A stretch of 64,000 bases of DNA from Eledone cirrhosa (Eukaryota), in assembly GCA_964016885.1 (NCBI GenBank), contig OZ024744.1:58280001-58344000 (forward strand), read 5' to 3'. A program made the translations under genes and the position numbers. Below, piece after piece: positions 1 to 13,805 of the stretch (positions are counted from its first letter, which is position 1; each line of letters starts with the position of its first letter). A model generated the notes under the pieces. That model had not been told where the DNA came from, did no database searches, and worked only from the letters and a program-made list of their open reading frames with translations.

Positions 1-160
1 TCTCTGGAAGGTTGTTGGTGTTAAGAAAAGCACCCATCGGTAGTAATCATGTCAAATATGGAATGTATGAACAAGATAAGGTCTTACTGATCTGTCTAGT
101 CTAGGACTGTCACAAACACATCCAACTCATGCCATTGTGGAAGGTGCATGTAAAATGATT
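1..160 (+). mobile_element. Degenerate short retroposon sharing the RTE LINE 3' end
   Basis: GTTGGTGTTAAGAAAAGCACCCA...CATGCCATTGTGGAAGGTGCATGTAAAATGATTATGAT resembles the 3' UTR and (ATG)n tail of the RTE element at 45450-47420 and the copies at 7002-7330 and 8020-8290. Confidence 0.5.
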
Positions 161-479
161 ATGATAATTGAAGTAAATCTTAAAATATTTGAAAAATTGA
201 GGCAAATTTTTGAAATTGTTTTTAAAAAGTTGAGAAATAGAATAAATTTAAATAAACCATTTTTTTTTAAATTTCTAATCAATGAACATTTAATATTCAT
301 GTGTATACACTCATAAAAATAAGGGGATGTGTTTATTACCAAACCATTTTTCTTATACTTTTAATATAAGTGTTATATACTATGTTTAATGCTTGATTTA
401 ATTCATTGATTATTAGTAATTGAGCATGTAATCTAGACACCATTTAATGGGTGTCATGCTGTTTCCTTCAACAGCACAA

Positions 480-1200
480 GGAGTTGATTGCTATACATTT
501 CAAGAAAACATTATCACATACCTGACCCATTCCTCATGAACTAGAATCCTGAAGGTCACTACAAATACTAGGCCTCACCATCGATAATGATCTCTGCTAG
601 CAAATGCACATAATCATCAATATTGCAAAAACTATCGCAAAGACTGGTTTCCTCTAACCAGAAAATATTTAGTTACCAACTACTACTGACTTGTTGCATA
701 GTTAAGGTGAGACAGTGGAGTACAGTGTTGTTGCTACTTTACAGACACGTAGTGGATTACTGCTCCCACATCTGGGACATTATTACTGCTACTATACAGA
801 TACAGTGGAATACTGCTCTAACATCTTGGACTGTTGTTACTATACATGCAGACATCCTTCACCCACAATGGAATACTGATCACACATAGAGTAATGTTCC
901 TGCTGTTCATACACAATAGAATACTGCTCCCACATCTGGGATAGTGATGTTACAAAATATACAAAGAATGGAATACTATCAACCCACAGAAAGGCTATCT
1001 CCTCTCTACCATTTTTATTGTTACTATAGTGGCTTCTGTTCCATGGAGTTGGCTAGCCCTAACCCACCTCCTTCTTACCCACTTTCCTTTCTTATTTGTC
1101 TCTCCTCTTCCTCCTTGTCATCCACACTGCCCTCCAGACTGCACTATCAACTGAACCCAGTATTTCCCTGGAATTCCACCATTACTTAAGATTTTTTTTT
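480..1200 (+). mobile_element. Decayed non-LTR retrotransposon RT C-terminal fragment (CR1/L2-group-like)
   Basis: Remnant peptides KILGLTIDNDL, (E/D)YCSHIW and LYHFYCYYSGFCSMELAS..PP resemble the post-RT region of APE-type LINEs; the region is broken by stops and frameshifts. Confidence 0.45.
711..990 (+). repeat. Degenerate minisatellite, about 6 units of 40-60 bp
   Basis: Recurring core (A/G)TGGAATACTGCTCCCACATCTGGGA with units starting near 711, 749, 804, 866, 915 and 967. Confidence 0.75.
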
Positions 1201-3206
1201 TCCTTAACATCCATTGATTTGCTGGAAGAGAAGCATTAACTGTACTAATTTCATTGGTTTAGGTGGTAGTGCATGATCATGTGCACAGCTCCCTCTCTTT
1301 CTTCCCAACCAAACCAATAAAAATGAATGCGCTCGATTCCAACCCAGTCAGTTCCTATTTAAATTAAAATCTTCCAATATAAATTTTATATAAGAACTAT
1401 ATTTTAAGTTACAATCTTAATGAAATAATTAAAACTTTAGTAATACTCCCAAAATTCTTCATTAATTAATTGAAATTGTGTATTTCATTAGACACAAAAG
1501 TGTTAAGAGAAGATATCTGGAAACTTAAGTTGAAACAATGTATTTAAAGTGACACTTGAATTTTATTTTAAAAATTTCACTATAATATAAATATTGCAGG
1601 TTAAATATATAAAATCAATTCTGAACTACTACACAGCTCAAGGTCATGCATTCTAATATTGATTACAGCAATATATAGGAAATATGAATATTGTTTCCTA
1701 AACCAAAACATGTGGCTTTCGAATTGGTTCTCCTAACTTCAGTAAGAAGCAGTACATCCACATATATAAGTTAATACTTCACAAAAGCCATTGTCATATC
1801 ATTAGATAAGGCTTTGAGCATCAGTTTAACTTTGTTATATTAAGTGATTAACAGTGTATAGAGTATTCAATAGAATAATTTAGAAAAATCATATTACAAA
1901 AAAAAAAAAATCTCAAACTAAAATTGATTCTTTAGAACAATAAATGAAATAAAATTACATGAATCTACATTTTCTTTAATATCATTTCATTCCATTTCAT
2001 TTGATATTTTTCTTGTGTGCATACTTTTAAGACAAGCTAGTTCAATGTTAGAAAATTTTTCATTTAAAAGAAAGAAAAAAAACGATCTATTTTTCATAAT
2101 ATTAAATATATTTCCTAAACATTTCTGTATAACATTGAAATATTTAGGAAATGTTTTTAATCTTTTGAATTACTTGAAATAATTTATGCAAATTGTTAAA
2201 ATATTGAATATTGATACTTTCATGGTTTTCTGCCAGAACATTGCATTTTTTTTTTCACCTTTCAAAATGTTTTTTTTAATGGTTGCTTGTATTGGTCCAT
2301 TTAATGTTTTTTTGTTGTTGTTTTTTTATTTATTTTTTTTGTCTAGTATGTGATCTAAAATTATCTAAGATTTTAAAAAAAACAGCCAAAATTGTAAATC
2401 CTATCAGAATTTTTTTTATTAGACTATGTTCTTTACAGTGACTAGAAGAGAATTAATGATGATTTTTAAGTATTGGCATGGTTTAAGTTTTAGAATTAAG
2501 AGATAAATAAAAAAAAATGTTTACAAGCTTATATTTACTATTTAAACAACTTAAATTTATTGTAACATTATTAGGAATCAAATATTGATGTTACATACTG
2601 TTTGCATTTCAACTGGTTTCAAAACTACAATGTATATGTGAATAACTTAAACTTCATTCCAAATAGAAAACTTAGATATTGTAAATCAATTGTTTTTAAT
2701 GATCTTCCAGTAAATGAACAGATAATTTTATAATTAATTTTAATTTGCTTTTAAGTTTAATTTCATTCTTTGTTTTATTTATCCACTTTCCTTTTTCTAT
2801 TTTTCTGGCTCACCTTGGTATGACTCTGTGATGCCTGTTATATGATGATAATAATAAATAAATAAAAATACCAACACAGTAACTTTGCTGCTGGTAATAT
2901 AATTCTGAAAAATCCTGGCTTCAATATCTTTCTTAGCTTTGATATCTTCTAAATGTTTTCTAAATAAAAGTTATGTTTTAATTCTGCATTAGGAAGACAT
3001 TCTAGTAGGAAAATTGAAATAGATATTAGGCAGTTATTGAGGCCAGTCTTTCTGAATTGCTTTTTTTTTTTTTTTTTTTTTTTTTTTTTCTCTTCCTCTC
3101 ATGATTGGGAGTGCTGCTATTGGGTACCAACAAAGGGAAGTTTGGTTATAATAGCAACACTAACCCTAACTTTATGCTAATACAAAATCAGTTATTTGAA
3201 ATTTAT

Positions 3207-3236
3207 TCTCTTTCTCTCTCACTCTCTCTCCCTCTT

Positions 3237-3272
<36 letters not shown>

Positions 3273-3277
3273 CCTCT
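3207..3277. repeat. (CT)n microsatellite
   Basis: Directly visible interrupted CT repeat. Confidence 0.9.
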
Positions 3278-4023
3278 TTCATTTTTTTTCTCAGTTGGTT
3301 CAAATTTCCGTCTTCGATAGTCAGTCCGGGTAACGATTTGGATGTATAATAGTATAGATATTTATAGGAAAAAATAAATAAAAAAACATTAATAGATTTT
3401 ATTTAAATTAGGCTGAAAGTTCCACTCAATGGTATCTTGATAGGTATTGAAAGTCAGGTCTGGGCACCCTCATATGCATACGAAGATTGTCAACCCGGGG
3501 AAGAACCGTTGAGACATAATATGATGGCTTCTCTTCAAATTTGGCACAAAAACCAAGGTGAGCCATGAATGCATTGCTTTGATTTTTCCCATAGCCAAAT
3601 TTTTCATTTGTTCTCATTACAATATCTGTCAGGAGAATGATGTCACTTGCCAAATTTAGTCTAATTCTATTTTGTGAACGAGTGGATAAAACATGCATGT
3701 TTCAAATAACTTTAAAAAAAAAAATGGTAAAATCAAATGCATATCTATGCTTTTTGTTTGTGTCAATCTAACATTAAAGTTTCAGGTGGTTAATTCTGGT
3801 GTTCATTATTCCCATGCAAAATTATGCCTGGCTTGATTCAAAATTTGAGAATATCATTTTTTTCAAGGCATTTATGTAATGAGATTTCAGACAAACGTTT
3901 AATGCTTTATTTTAAGCCCTTGCCAAGCCTTCCTCTTTAGTGGATATTAGATTCTTTGTTTCTGAAATTGAAAGCACCATCCTATATACATTTATGACCA
4001 TTGCCTGTTGCACACTTATAATC

Positions 4024-4054
<31 letters not shown>

Positions 4055-7001
4055 CATTCAAAATTCACAGTTATTATATTCTAGATTTAGCAATTCATTT
4101 CCGTATTTACTAGTAATATTTATTTTTCATTATTATACCATCCCTTACAAAACTAAGAAGTTTGTGATTCTATGGCTACAACACAACCAGATATCAAGTT
4201 GAAAAATGAAATTCACAGCTCTCACCTGTGTATTTTACCAGGTTACATCTCATAGGTTTCTCAAGTGTTTAATGATAATTGCTCAATAACAATGCACTGC
4301 ACTGCACTGCCCTGTCCTGGAATTGAATCTGCAAGTATATGATTGTGAATCAAACACTTTAAACACTAGGCCATGTGCCTTCACTGTCAAGCCCAATTCT
4401 TATATTCCAATTCTGTATGTTCATGTTTAGATCTGTGTATAAGATGGCTGCTTGGCCATACTGGAAACAATATTGGATATATTTTTGGTGGGTTCAATTG
4501 ATCCTTTTCTAAAGGAAGGTGGGACTGAAAAAAAGTCTTAAAAATGAAAAAAATATTCTATCAGAAATGAGAAACATCTACAAAACTATGTCAAGTAAAG
4601 ATTTTATTAAATTTTGAATTTTTTTTCTCTGGATGTTATGGACAAATTCACACATCCACACAAAACATATTTAAAGTTTCAATTGAAGAATTTTGCAATA
4701 CCTTTTTCTTTTGTAATTGAAATGTTATAGTAAGTAGATGAGTAGGCATTGATTAGTTTGATTGCTTTGACTTTATACACTGTTGGCGAAAAATATACTA
4801 CTCTTAAAAAAACAAAAGAAAACTCCCCACCAATGTCTAGTTCAATTTATATTTAGAATGTTGAGAACTAGATAGATCCTGGTTCACTTTTTTGTTTGGT
4901 TTTATGTTGTTTGTGTGATCAATCACTCTAACTGGCATTTTCTTTTTACATTCAGCAACCATGACAGTTTATTAATACTTCCTTTGAATTTTTTTGAATT
5001 TTTTTCCCCTTCTGGGGTTTGATTGAAGAAGTTTATGAAATATTAACCTGAAGAAATAAACAATTCAACAGTGATGTTGAGTTTCATAATTATAGGTTCT
5101 GGATGTTCCTTTTGATCTGTTATATATTTCATCAATTGAAATTGACCGTCTAACATTTCTTTTATGTAGTCATGATGAAACCAGTATGAGATAATTAATT
5201 ACATGCAAGGAGGAGTTATTTATAAACTTTCATTTATTTAGTTATTTACAAAACAACACTTTACAGTTATTGCTAGTTATATATCATTTCCTGTTTCTGA
5301 ATCCTGGAAATTAAAACCACACACACACATACATATATATATACAGTGCAACCATTGTGTTCATCAGTTGTGATCTAGAGAATGTTAGAAAAGTAGCTTT
5401 CCCTTTGAGTTTAATCACTTTTGATGGTCATTTAAACATTTGCTGGTAAACAGGCACCTTCATTTTTCATATATGCATTTTGACATGCTCATAATCCCCA
5501 TGCATGTGCAGCTCGGTGGTTTATTATGCCACCAAATATATATGTACAAGGAGCAGCGCACATATATACCCAGACATCAGTGTAGTGTCACTAAACATTT
5601 TAATTTAATGAAGTCAAACTCAAATCTAAATGAAGTAAGTTACATATATTCACAACTGTGTATGCATGCTTGTGTTCAAATTTGTGGCTATCCTCCTGTG
5701 CATGCATGTATCTAAATTTGCTCATTGGACTCACATATGCAGGCTTACCACATGCAAATGTCTTCGCACACACAAACACTTGTTCATGTGTGCAGGTATC
5801 TTTTGATAGAATACTGATGAGATGGATATGTCTGAGTGATGTGTATACATAGATATATATGCATTTTTAGGTAAACGCATTTGTGTGCAACAGTTGTGAA
5901 CATGTATATAGCAGTTTACAGGGTAGACTCGCTAAGTAGCTTTGAATTTAAAACATTTTTATTTAAAGCATCAACTATTCTACTCAGCAGTTGGGAAAAA
6001 ATAGAGATCATTGTATATATTCCATTTCATTTAAATCTATTTGATTTGACTTTAATAAATTAAAACATTTAGTGACATGCTTAGCTGGTGACTGGATGTA
6101 AGCTGCTTTTTGGGGGGAGAGGGGGTAATTTATTGTATATTTAGTGCCATTATACAATGACAACATGCATGGGCATGCATATATGAATATTTATGCATAG
6201 GAGAGAGTGCAATGTCCATGTGAGGGCAAGTGTTGACATGACCATCAAACTGTTATTGGGTTAATAAGAGAGACTACTTTTCTGTTATAGTGTTCTCTAG
6301 ATCTACACATAGCTTGAGTCTGAAGAACTTGTTTTTTTTTTTTTTTACCACAACAATCAACATGTGTCCAAGGTGGACATAGCATAATGTACATAAGTGA
6401 TGAATACATTAGTGTCGTACTGCAAATGCAGCAGTACACATAAACACAAAAGAATTGTATTGTAAATATTGTACAAAATTTGTGCTCTCGCTCTCTCTCT
6501 CTCTCTCTCTCTGTCTGTATATATACACACACACATCTATATATGGTATATGAAATGTTTTATGTAAAATATATTATGTTGAAAGACAAAGGCCAAAGAA
6601 GTCATGGCACAGAATGGGAAGAATATCTAGAAACTGAGCCTTATGAAAACGACAGGACTGACTGGCAATATGCCATATATAAAAGGCATGTCCACCAGTA
6701 CAAGCACAGTCAAAGTAAATGTGAATGTATGGCATGAGCAAGCTGAAAATGGATCTTTGTTTGAAAGAGATCTCATGTGGTGTACAAGAGTGAAGACTGA
6801 TGGTAAGGACGTGTGTGTGTATGGATGACAGCTGTATAAAGGCATAGAGAAATCTGAGTGGGGGACTCATGCAGTTAAAATTTCATACAACTACTCCCAC
6901 TTCAACACCACTGTCATACGCCTATGACTTTATAGTTATTCCCCCTTCCCAGAGGGTTGAGAGAGCTCTTCGGTCATGTCAATGCCTTAACACCTGCCTA
7001 G

Positions 7002-7330
7002 TGCTGGTGTCACTATACAACACACACACAGTACACTCAAAATGGTTGGTGTTAGGAAGAACATTCAGCCATAGAAACCATGCCAAAAAGTGTTGTGAGG
7101 ACTCTTCTACTCTTTAGAGCTGGTGCCACAAAAAAATGTACCTAGTATATTCTGTTAGGTAATTGGTGATGGGAAGAGCATCCAACTGTAGAAACAATGC
7201 CAGAAAGGATTGAGAGTACTCATCGTGTCAAGACCACAACCTCCTCCAGTATTGGTGACATGGTAAAACGTGCCCAGTATATTCTGTAATGATTTGTGAA
7301 AAGAAGGGCATCCAGCCAAAAAAGGTTTAC
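7002..7330 (+). mobile_element. RTE-3'UTR-related retroposon fragment with internal tandem units
   Basis: Three units of GCTGGTG(C/T)CAC...CAGTA(C/T)A(C/T)TCTG...TTGGTG...GGAAG(G/A)GCATCCAGC; the same motif occurs inverted at 45565-45600 in the RTE 3' UTR. Confidence 0.55.
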
Positions 7331-7450
7331 CAAACCAAGGGTTTAGAGGAAACTTGTGTTGTCAGACATGTCAAATTACCTAGTGCTCGTGCCACGATAA
7401 AATGCTGTCAGTAGATGAAACTATGTAAACAAGATGCGTATCTCCTAGTC

Positions 7451-7616
7451 CAGGCATGTTAAATATGCGACCTTTTACAAGCACACCTGCGGCCCGCACA
7501 AAGGTTTTTACAGCGCGAGTATGTTTTATCTTTGTAATGTGTGCAATTAGTTGTCGTGTGTGGTCCCCAGGCAACACATATGTGACCCTTGGTGGACCCT
7601 CAGTTTGACATGCCTG
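7451..7616. mobile_element. hAT-type non-autonomous DNA transposon (MITE)
   Basis: TIRs CAGGCATGTTAAA / TTTGACATGCCTG (12/13 match), internal GCGGCCCG motif, imperfect 8-bp flanking duplication TCCTAGTC / CCCTAGCC. Confidence 0.7.
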
Positions 7617-10319
7617 CCCTAGCCTCTCTGGAAGGTCAGTTACCCTACCTCAATACTCAGTTGGTTAAGGCCCTTGTTAACAGGGAAAGTGGACGTTAAA
7701 TGATATGTATAAACACACACACATACATGTTTATATTGTATGTGTGTGTATATATATTGTAAAAAGCCGGGTACCGACGGCTGAGTTTTTACCGTTTCAA
7801 CAGCTCATTCAAGACTCTGGAACGAGCTGTTGAAATATCAAGCTGAGCCGTCAAGTCCTGACTCGTTATAATATAACCATAATCTACTACCCCAAGTATC
7901 GAGTACTCTGTTGAATAATGGTCTAACCAGTTTCAAACTGAATCCATCCTGATATATATATAAATATATATACATAGCGCTCTTTGATTGGGACATCAAC
8001 CTCTCTAGTGTTGGAAATGCACTCAATACATGCTATAAAGTAGTTGGTAATAGGAAGGGAATTCAACCATAGAAAACTTGCCAAAACTAAGAGTTGGGTG
8101 GACTCTCCAATAGTATCAAAAACATGACAACTCTTGTGCACTCGATAGAATGTATGACTGTACATAAGCGAGATGAAAACCCCTTGGCCTGTCTGGTAGG
8201 TCAGTAGCCCTGCTTCAATACTGACTTAGTCTATGTAAACCCTTCCAACCCTTGCTAGCAGAGAAGGTGGATGTTAAACAATGATGATATATATGCAAAT
8301 AGAATGTGTATATGCGTGTGTGTGTGTATATATATTTGTGTAGAGATATGTAAAATCCCAACCGCAGCCTTAAGCGGTTCCGGTTTGTGTGTTCAGCAAG
8401 CCTACTCCCATGATCAGTGATCTTGGTTTCAGCACCACAGTCCCCCCTTCCCCCTCTCTAGGTAATCTAACCCTTACTAGCAGAGAAAGCAGACGTTAAG
8501 ATGACGATACACACACACAATGTATAGTTCAAGATGAACAAGAATGCAATAACAGTCTTATTAGTTTCATGCATGTTGGAAATGTAGGTAAATGTTTCAA
8601 TGTATCAGATGTTAATCCTTTCATCAGGAAAGAAGAGGAGGAGGTTGTGTGGTGGGGAACTTTTTAAAGATGGGTGAAATGGGCAGGCAAGTAGTCCAGG
8701 TCTGTCATTGGTGCTGTTATGTGTGTGCAGGTATTGCATGTCTTTGGTGTTATTTTTTGTGTGTGTATATATGTCTGAATTTTGTCTATTTACATGTGTG
8801 TATGTGTACAAATGGGTCTGTACATATGTTTGTATGTCTGTCTATACCAAATGAGAAGAGAGAAATATCTCTAGCTTGTGATCAAAGGATGGGAAGAAAT
8901 GATGTGTAGTAGTCCATGCTAATTCAGAAAGTGGTGGGGCATGTGTGTAATATATAAATATATAACTTTATATATTGTCATCATTTTACATCCACTTTTC
9001 TATTTTAGTATGATTAGAGAGGGCCTTTCACGTGCAGCCTCTCTCGTTTTCTTCAAGGTTCAATGTTTTGAGATCACTTCTAAGCACTTCTATCCAGATT
9101 TTACTTAGCCTTCCTCTACTGCATTTTCCTTCTAGCATTTCCTGGTACTTCTTCACCCATATGCATCACATGTCCAAACTAGTAGAGTCTTCTCTCCTGC
9201 ACACTACATCTGATTCATCTTTTTCAATCATTCATCCACCATCTCTGTCTCGCAAAAACTTGTTCATTCATTTCATTTGCTGAGTACTGACGTTGAAGCT
9301 AAGCTTCAATCTTTTTCAGCATGATTTTTATTCAGCTATTCTCAATTTTGCTTTTATTTATTAATTTAATCACTAGGACTCCAGATTTTTTCTGAGGCCT
9401 GTTCACCTGTTGCCATGTTCGTCCCACCCTTCCACATGCATATGCCACATCCTATCGTTTTCCTGTGGGGTGCTTTTCCAACCTGTTCATGTAATATGCT
9501 CTAACTGTGGCTATTTAGAGGATTCCCCCACTAATCTCTGCCCAGCTCTTATCCCCAGGCCACATTTCAAACCTGTCCATATATATTCTCTAATGGTTAC
9601 TTATTTGACTAAAAATATTAGAATAATAATAATCAAAACCATAACCTTATTCTCTACTGGTGGCCACAAAAATAAATTAAACTGTCATTTGGGCAGATGT
9701 AGGCTCCATAAGATAGAAAAATTGTACAGAATTGATGTGAATTCTGTTAGCTGATGGGAAGGCTGCTGGGAGTAGTCTTTCAGAACAAATAAGGGAACTC
9801 TGAATTAAAACTGATGCAGGTTAGAGAGGACACTTCTGGTGACATGTTAAAATGGAAACTTCTTCAAAAAAGAAAAATAATCAACACAATATACAATATT
9901 AAATATAATTGCAAATATAGGACTAACACTAACCATGTTAGCACTGCATTAAGTAGTTTGATGCCTAGCTTAGCTGAATGCGAGAACAACATTCCCTTTC
10001 AAACACAGAGAACTGTTATCAAAAAACAACTCAGCCACCAAGGAGGTCCATCCATTGTAATGTAACTTAATTCAAGGTTGTCACCCTCAATGTGGGCCCA
10101 CTGAAAAATATTGTGTAAAATTGAGATGCTTGAGAGGAGATAAAATAGAAAGGTGCAGCAGCCAGACTCTGCACAGGCAAATATATACAAACTCTTCTTG
10201 GTAGGAAATAATAATGGAGTAGGCATTTTACTAGCTGAGAAGTAGATAGACAAATTAATTGAGGTAGTTAGAGTAAATGGCAAAATTATCAAGCTCTGAG
10301 TAGTCATAGGCAGTAGTCA

Positions 10320-10900
10320 TAACGGCAGTTATTTTCACTTATGCACCATAATCAGGGCTTAGTAAAGAAGAGAAAGACATTTCTATGAGGACTTCATGTA
10401 AATGATTTCAATAACAGATGACAGTTACCATATCCTGTTGAGTGACTTAACCCTTTAGCATTTAGATTACTATATATTTACTATTGTTTTTTGTGGTCAA
10501 GACTTTCTTACATAATTATCTCACATAATATCAAATCTACGAGATTTTGATGTTAATTATTTTGAGAACAATACCTTAACATCAGTATGAGTGGCCAAAT
10601 TCGGCCAGTTTGAACAGAAAGGGGTGAGAGAATTCTGGCAGGATATGGCTGGTTTAAATGCTAAAGGGTTAAATGGGCATGTTGGACAGCACCTAGATAG
10701 CAGTGCACAATGGCTATCAATATAGCCTGAGGAATGAAAAGGTATCAAGGTTCCTAGAATTCATTGATACAAATGAACTAACTTCAGGAAACTTGCCAAT
10801 TGCTTGATCACCTGTTGAACAGGCAAGCATACAAGCCAGTGGGATGGTTATAAATACCAAAATCTTTTCTTGTGAGAAGAATGCACCACCCTACACAAAT
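10320..10900 (+). mobile_element. Decayed RTE-type LINE endonuclease (APE) fragment
   Basis: Remnants YAP*SGLSKEEKDI and, once the MITE at 10451-10668 is removed, DLNGHVGQ (GDxNxHVG APE motif). Confidence 0.55.
10451..10668. mobile_element. piggyBac-like MITE (218 bp)
   Basis: Perfect 14-bp TIRs CCCTTTAGCATTTA / TAAATGCTAAAGGG flanked by TTAA (10447-10450 and 10669-10672); a second copy lies at 48251. Confidence 0.88.
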
Positions 10901-11009
10901 ATACTGAATATATAATATATATATATCATCATCATTGTTTAATGTCCATCTTCCACACTAGCATGGGTTAGATGGTTTTGTTCCATGTCTCACTCACACG
11001 GAAGCGTCT

Positions 11010-11050
11010 CGCTCTTTTTCTCTCTTTCTCTCTTTCTCTCTTTCTCTCTT

Positions 11051-11095
<45 letters not shown>

Positions 11096-11096
11096 T

Positions 11097-11127
<31 letters not shown>
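11010..11127. repeat. (CT)n microsatellite
   Basis: Directly visible; it explains the RERE/SLSL ORFs. Confidence 0.9.
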
Positions 11128-11895
11128 TTGAAATCACAGTGCTTCTTGTTCAACCCCATTGTGTGGCTCTTTAATCAAATGTCTTCTACCCTTCAGCTGA
11201 CCACTGCAAATATCATATTGACACTACTTTTAAAAAGCCATTGGTAATCTTGTTTATGTTTCTCATAAACAATACTTAAAATAAGATACTGTTTAGTGGC
11301 AGGAAGTTCATCCACCTGCAGAAAACCTGTCTGCAAAAGTCTGGGGAGAATTTGATTAGTAATACTCAAGGCACGTATTTAGTATATATTGACTCGTGCA
11401 TCTGTTGACCTGACACTTTAGTTTTCATCCGAACAGTGTTGTTTACAAATTATTCTTCAATTGTTTTCTTTTTCTTTTCTTTATTTAGAACTAGTTTGCC
11501 TTCTTTGCATTGCAAACTATGTTTTTAGGTTAAGAAATATGTATTAATGATTTTCTTCTCAAAGCCAAATGCTATATTGAAACATTGCAATTATAGTCAA
11601 AACTGAAAACAAATATCATTGACCTGATATTGATCTTTCTTTTGTAATCTGTTGTGCATTGATTGCCATTAATGATTTTCACTGCTTTAGTTCAACTGTG
11701 ACTATCAATTAAACTATATTAGCACAATTCAGATAATTTACTAACTTCATTTTCCTACTTTGAAAGGTGTGTCTGAATAGGTAAAATCTCTATTTTTTTA
11801 CATTTTGAATGAGCTTGAGCCCCTAAATAATAAGTGTTTGGGAGGGGATTTAAAAAGCTGAATACATAGCTTATTGTACAAAGATAGCCATCTAC

Positions 11896-12066
11896 ACTGG
11901 TGAATTGGCAGTATTGATAGAGGGTTGGACGCCATGCTTTCTAACATAGTTACGTCCCTTTACAGTCCGAGGTTAACTTTCTTTCATCCTTACGGGGTCG
12001 ATAAAATAAAGTACCAGTAATGTACTGGGTAATTGCTGGCCTTGTGCCTAAAGTAGAAACAATTAT
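11896..12066 (+). mobile_element. tRNA-derived SINE (family A)
   Basis: Head TGGTGAATTGGCAG, body CTTTCATCCTTACGGGGTCGATAAAATAAAGTACCAGT, tail GGCCTTGTGCCTAAAGTAGAAACAATTAT. Related copies lie near 12350, 13210(-), 14322, 22173, 22342, 32790, 50757(-), 50985 and 57990(-). Confidence 0.75.
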
Positions 12067-13805
12067 CTATAAAACTTGCTGGTTTACTAAATGACAAATA
12101 AAAATGTGTTCATTCATGCTTGAGTAAAACTTTTGACTTGTTTTCATCTTATAAATTTATTCTACTTTTCGGGATTTTTGCTTAGTAAATATTATTCCCT
12201 AATCATATTGTTAAATAGTTTGCGTATACAAAATTGATATACACGAGAGGTCCATAAAGTCCAATTACTCCATATGTGGTAACTCGGATTTATACATGTG
12301 CAATCACTCAAGTATTCATAACCAGGCACATAATACTTTACTGTTGTTTGGGGCAGTGGATTGGCCGAATCTGTTAAAGATCTGCAAAATAGTTTCAATA
12401 TTTAGTTACAGTCCTTTGTTTTGAATTCAAATACAGCTGTTGGCAGCTTTGCCTTTCACCTTTCTCAGATATTTAGGTACCAGTGAATTGAAAATGAAAT
12501 TCGAAATTTACAGCTTTTAACTGGCCTCCTACAATGTTGTATCTCATATTTTATGGGTGTTAATGGAAAATAACATGAAACAAAGCATCTTTCTCAAATC
12601 CAGTACTCAAACCTACAACTTTATGATAGTTTAATACCATAACTACTAGAGGCGATACTCCACTGAGTAATTAAATTTGTCAACCCTGTGGGATATGCTG
12701 TGTCTACATTAGAAATCAACATTAAGAAGACGAGCTATAAACAGTTGTATATGGGTCAATTCACCTATAGCATGAAAGATAGTAAAATGCCAAAATTATA
12801 CATAGAATGTATATTGTGCTGAAAAGTCAATGGAACATCTTCTTTGTATTGCACCTTCATGTGAAATGTCCGTATTTAAGCATACAGCTAAATAAGGCTG
12901 CATATAATTACTTGGCCATCTTCTGAACCACTCACCTAAACACCACCATTTACAAAACTCCCTTTGTAACTAGTTAAATCTGACTACTTTTATTAGTCAT
13001 TTCATAAGTGATTTCTCTATAAACCTGTGCCTAATTTATTGCAAGGTATCCTCTGCTTTCTACTGTGTCGATGTGTGTGTGTTGAAATGTTAGCTCCTTT
13101 GTATTGGTATCATGTAAAGAAATTGACGCAAAGGTTTAATTTTAGACTAGCACTTGTCCTCTCCTCTTTCTCATCAGCTTCAATGTCTTCTGATAACTTA
13201 AACATAATATAATTGTTTCTACGTTAGGCACAAGGCCAGCAATAACCCAGTGCATTACTGGTACTTTTACTTATTGACCCCGTAAATATGTTTTATAAGA
13301 ACCCCAAGTTCTGAAATTGCACATCTTCATTTTGTAAATTCTTTTAGATATATTTTCTACTCATTCAATTTGTTTTTATAAACAATTTGCACCTTAACAC
13401 ATTTGCCATTTACAAGTTGTTTAGAAAAACATTAAATTATTATAAGCAATTTTGTCTATTTAACTCTTATATTTTCACCATTCAATTTTATATTTAATGC
13501 TCGAGAAATGTATGATTTTTTTTTTTTTGATTTTTTTTTATGAAACTTGTAGTTTCATTTTATCTTAATATTCATTTTATATATAATGTTCGAATGATTT
13601 TTGATTTTTCCACTTTTATAAGCCATAAAATTAATGTTGACTCTAACAGTTGTACATTTTTAATAGTAATTTCTTCTGTAGACATTTAAAAATTGTTTGA
13701 AAGATGAATTACAAATGTTATTAGGCTGTATTTAAACCTGTCTTGCAATCAATTTATTAAAATTCTGAACAAAAATTTAAAGGAAATTATTTTTTTTTAT
13801 TACAG

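Noticed and set aside
2880-2893. CAG|TAACTTTGCTGCTG|GTAATA possible microexon
   Set aside because: It is 14 nt (frameshifting), and the upstream sequence is A-rich with no polypyrimidine tract.
1-13805. Nova first coding exon (start codon and KRP-type NLS)
   Set aside because: No convincing exon was found by eye; it probably lies upstream of the window, so the gene is reported as 5'-partial.
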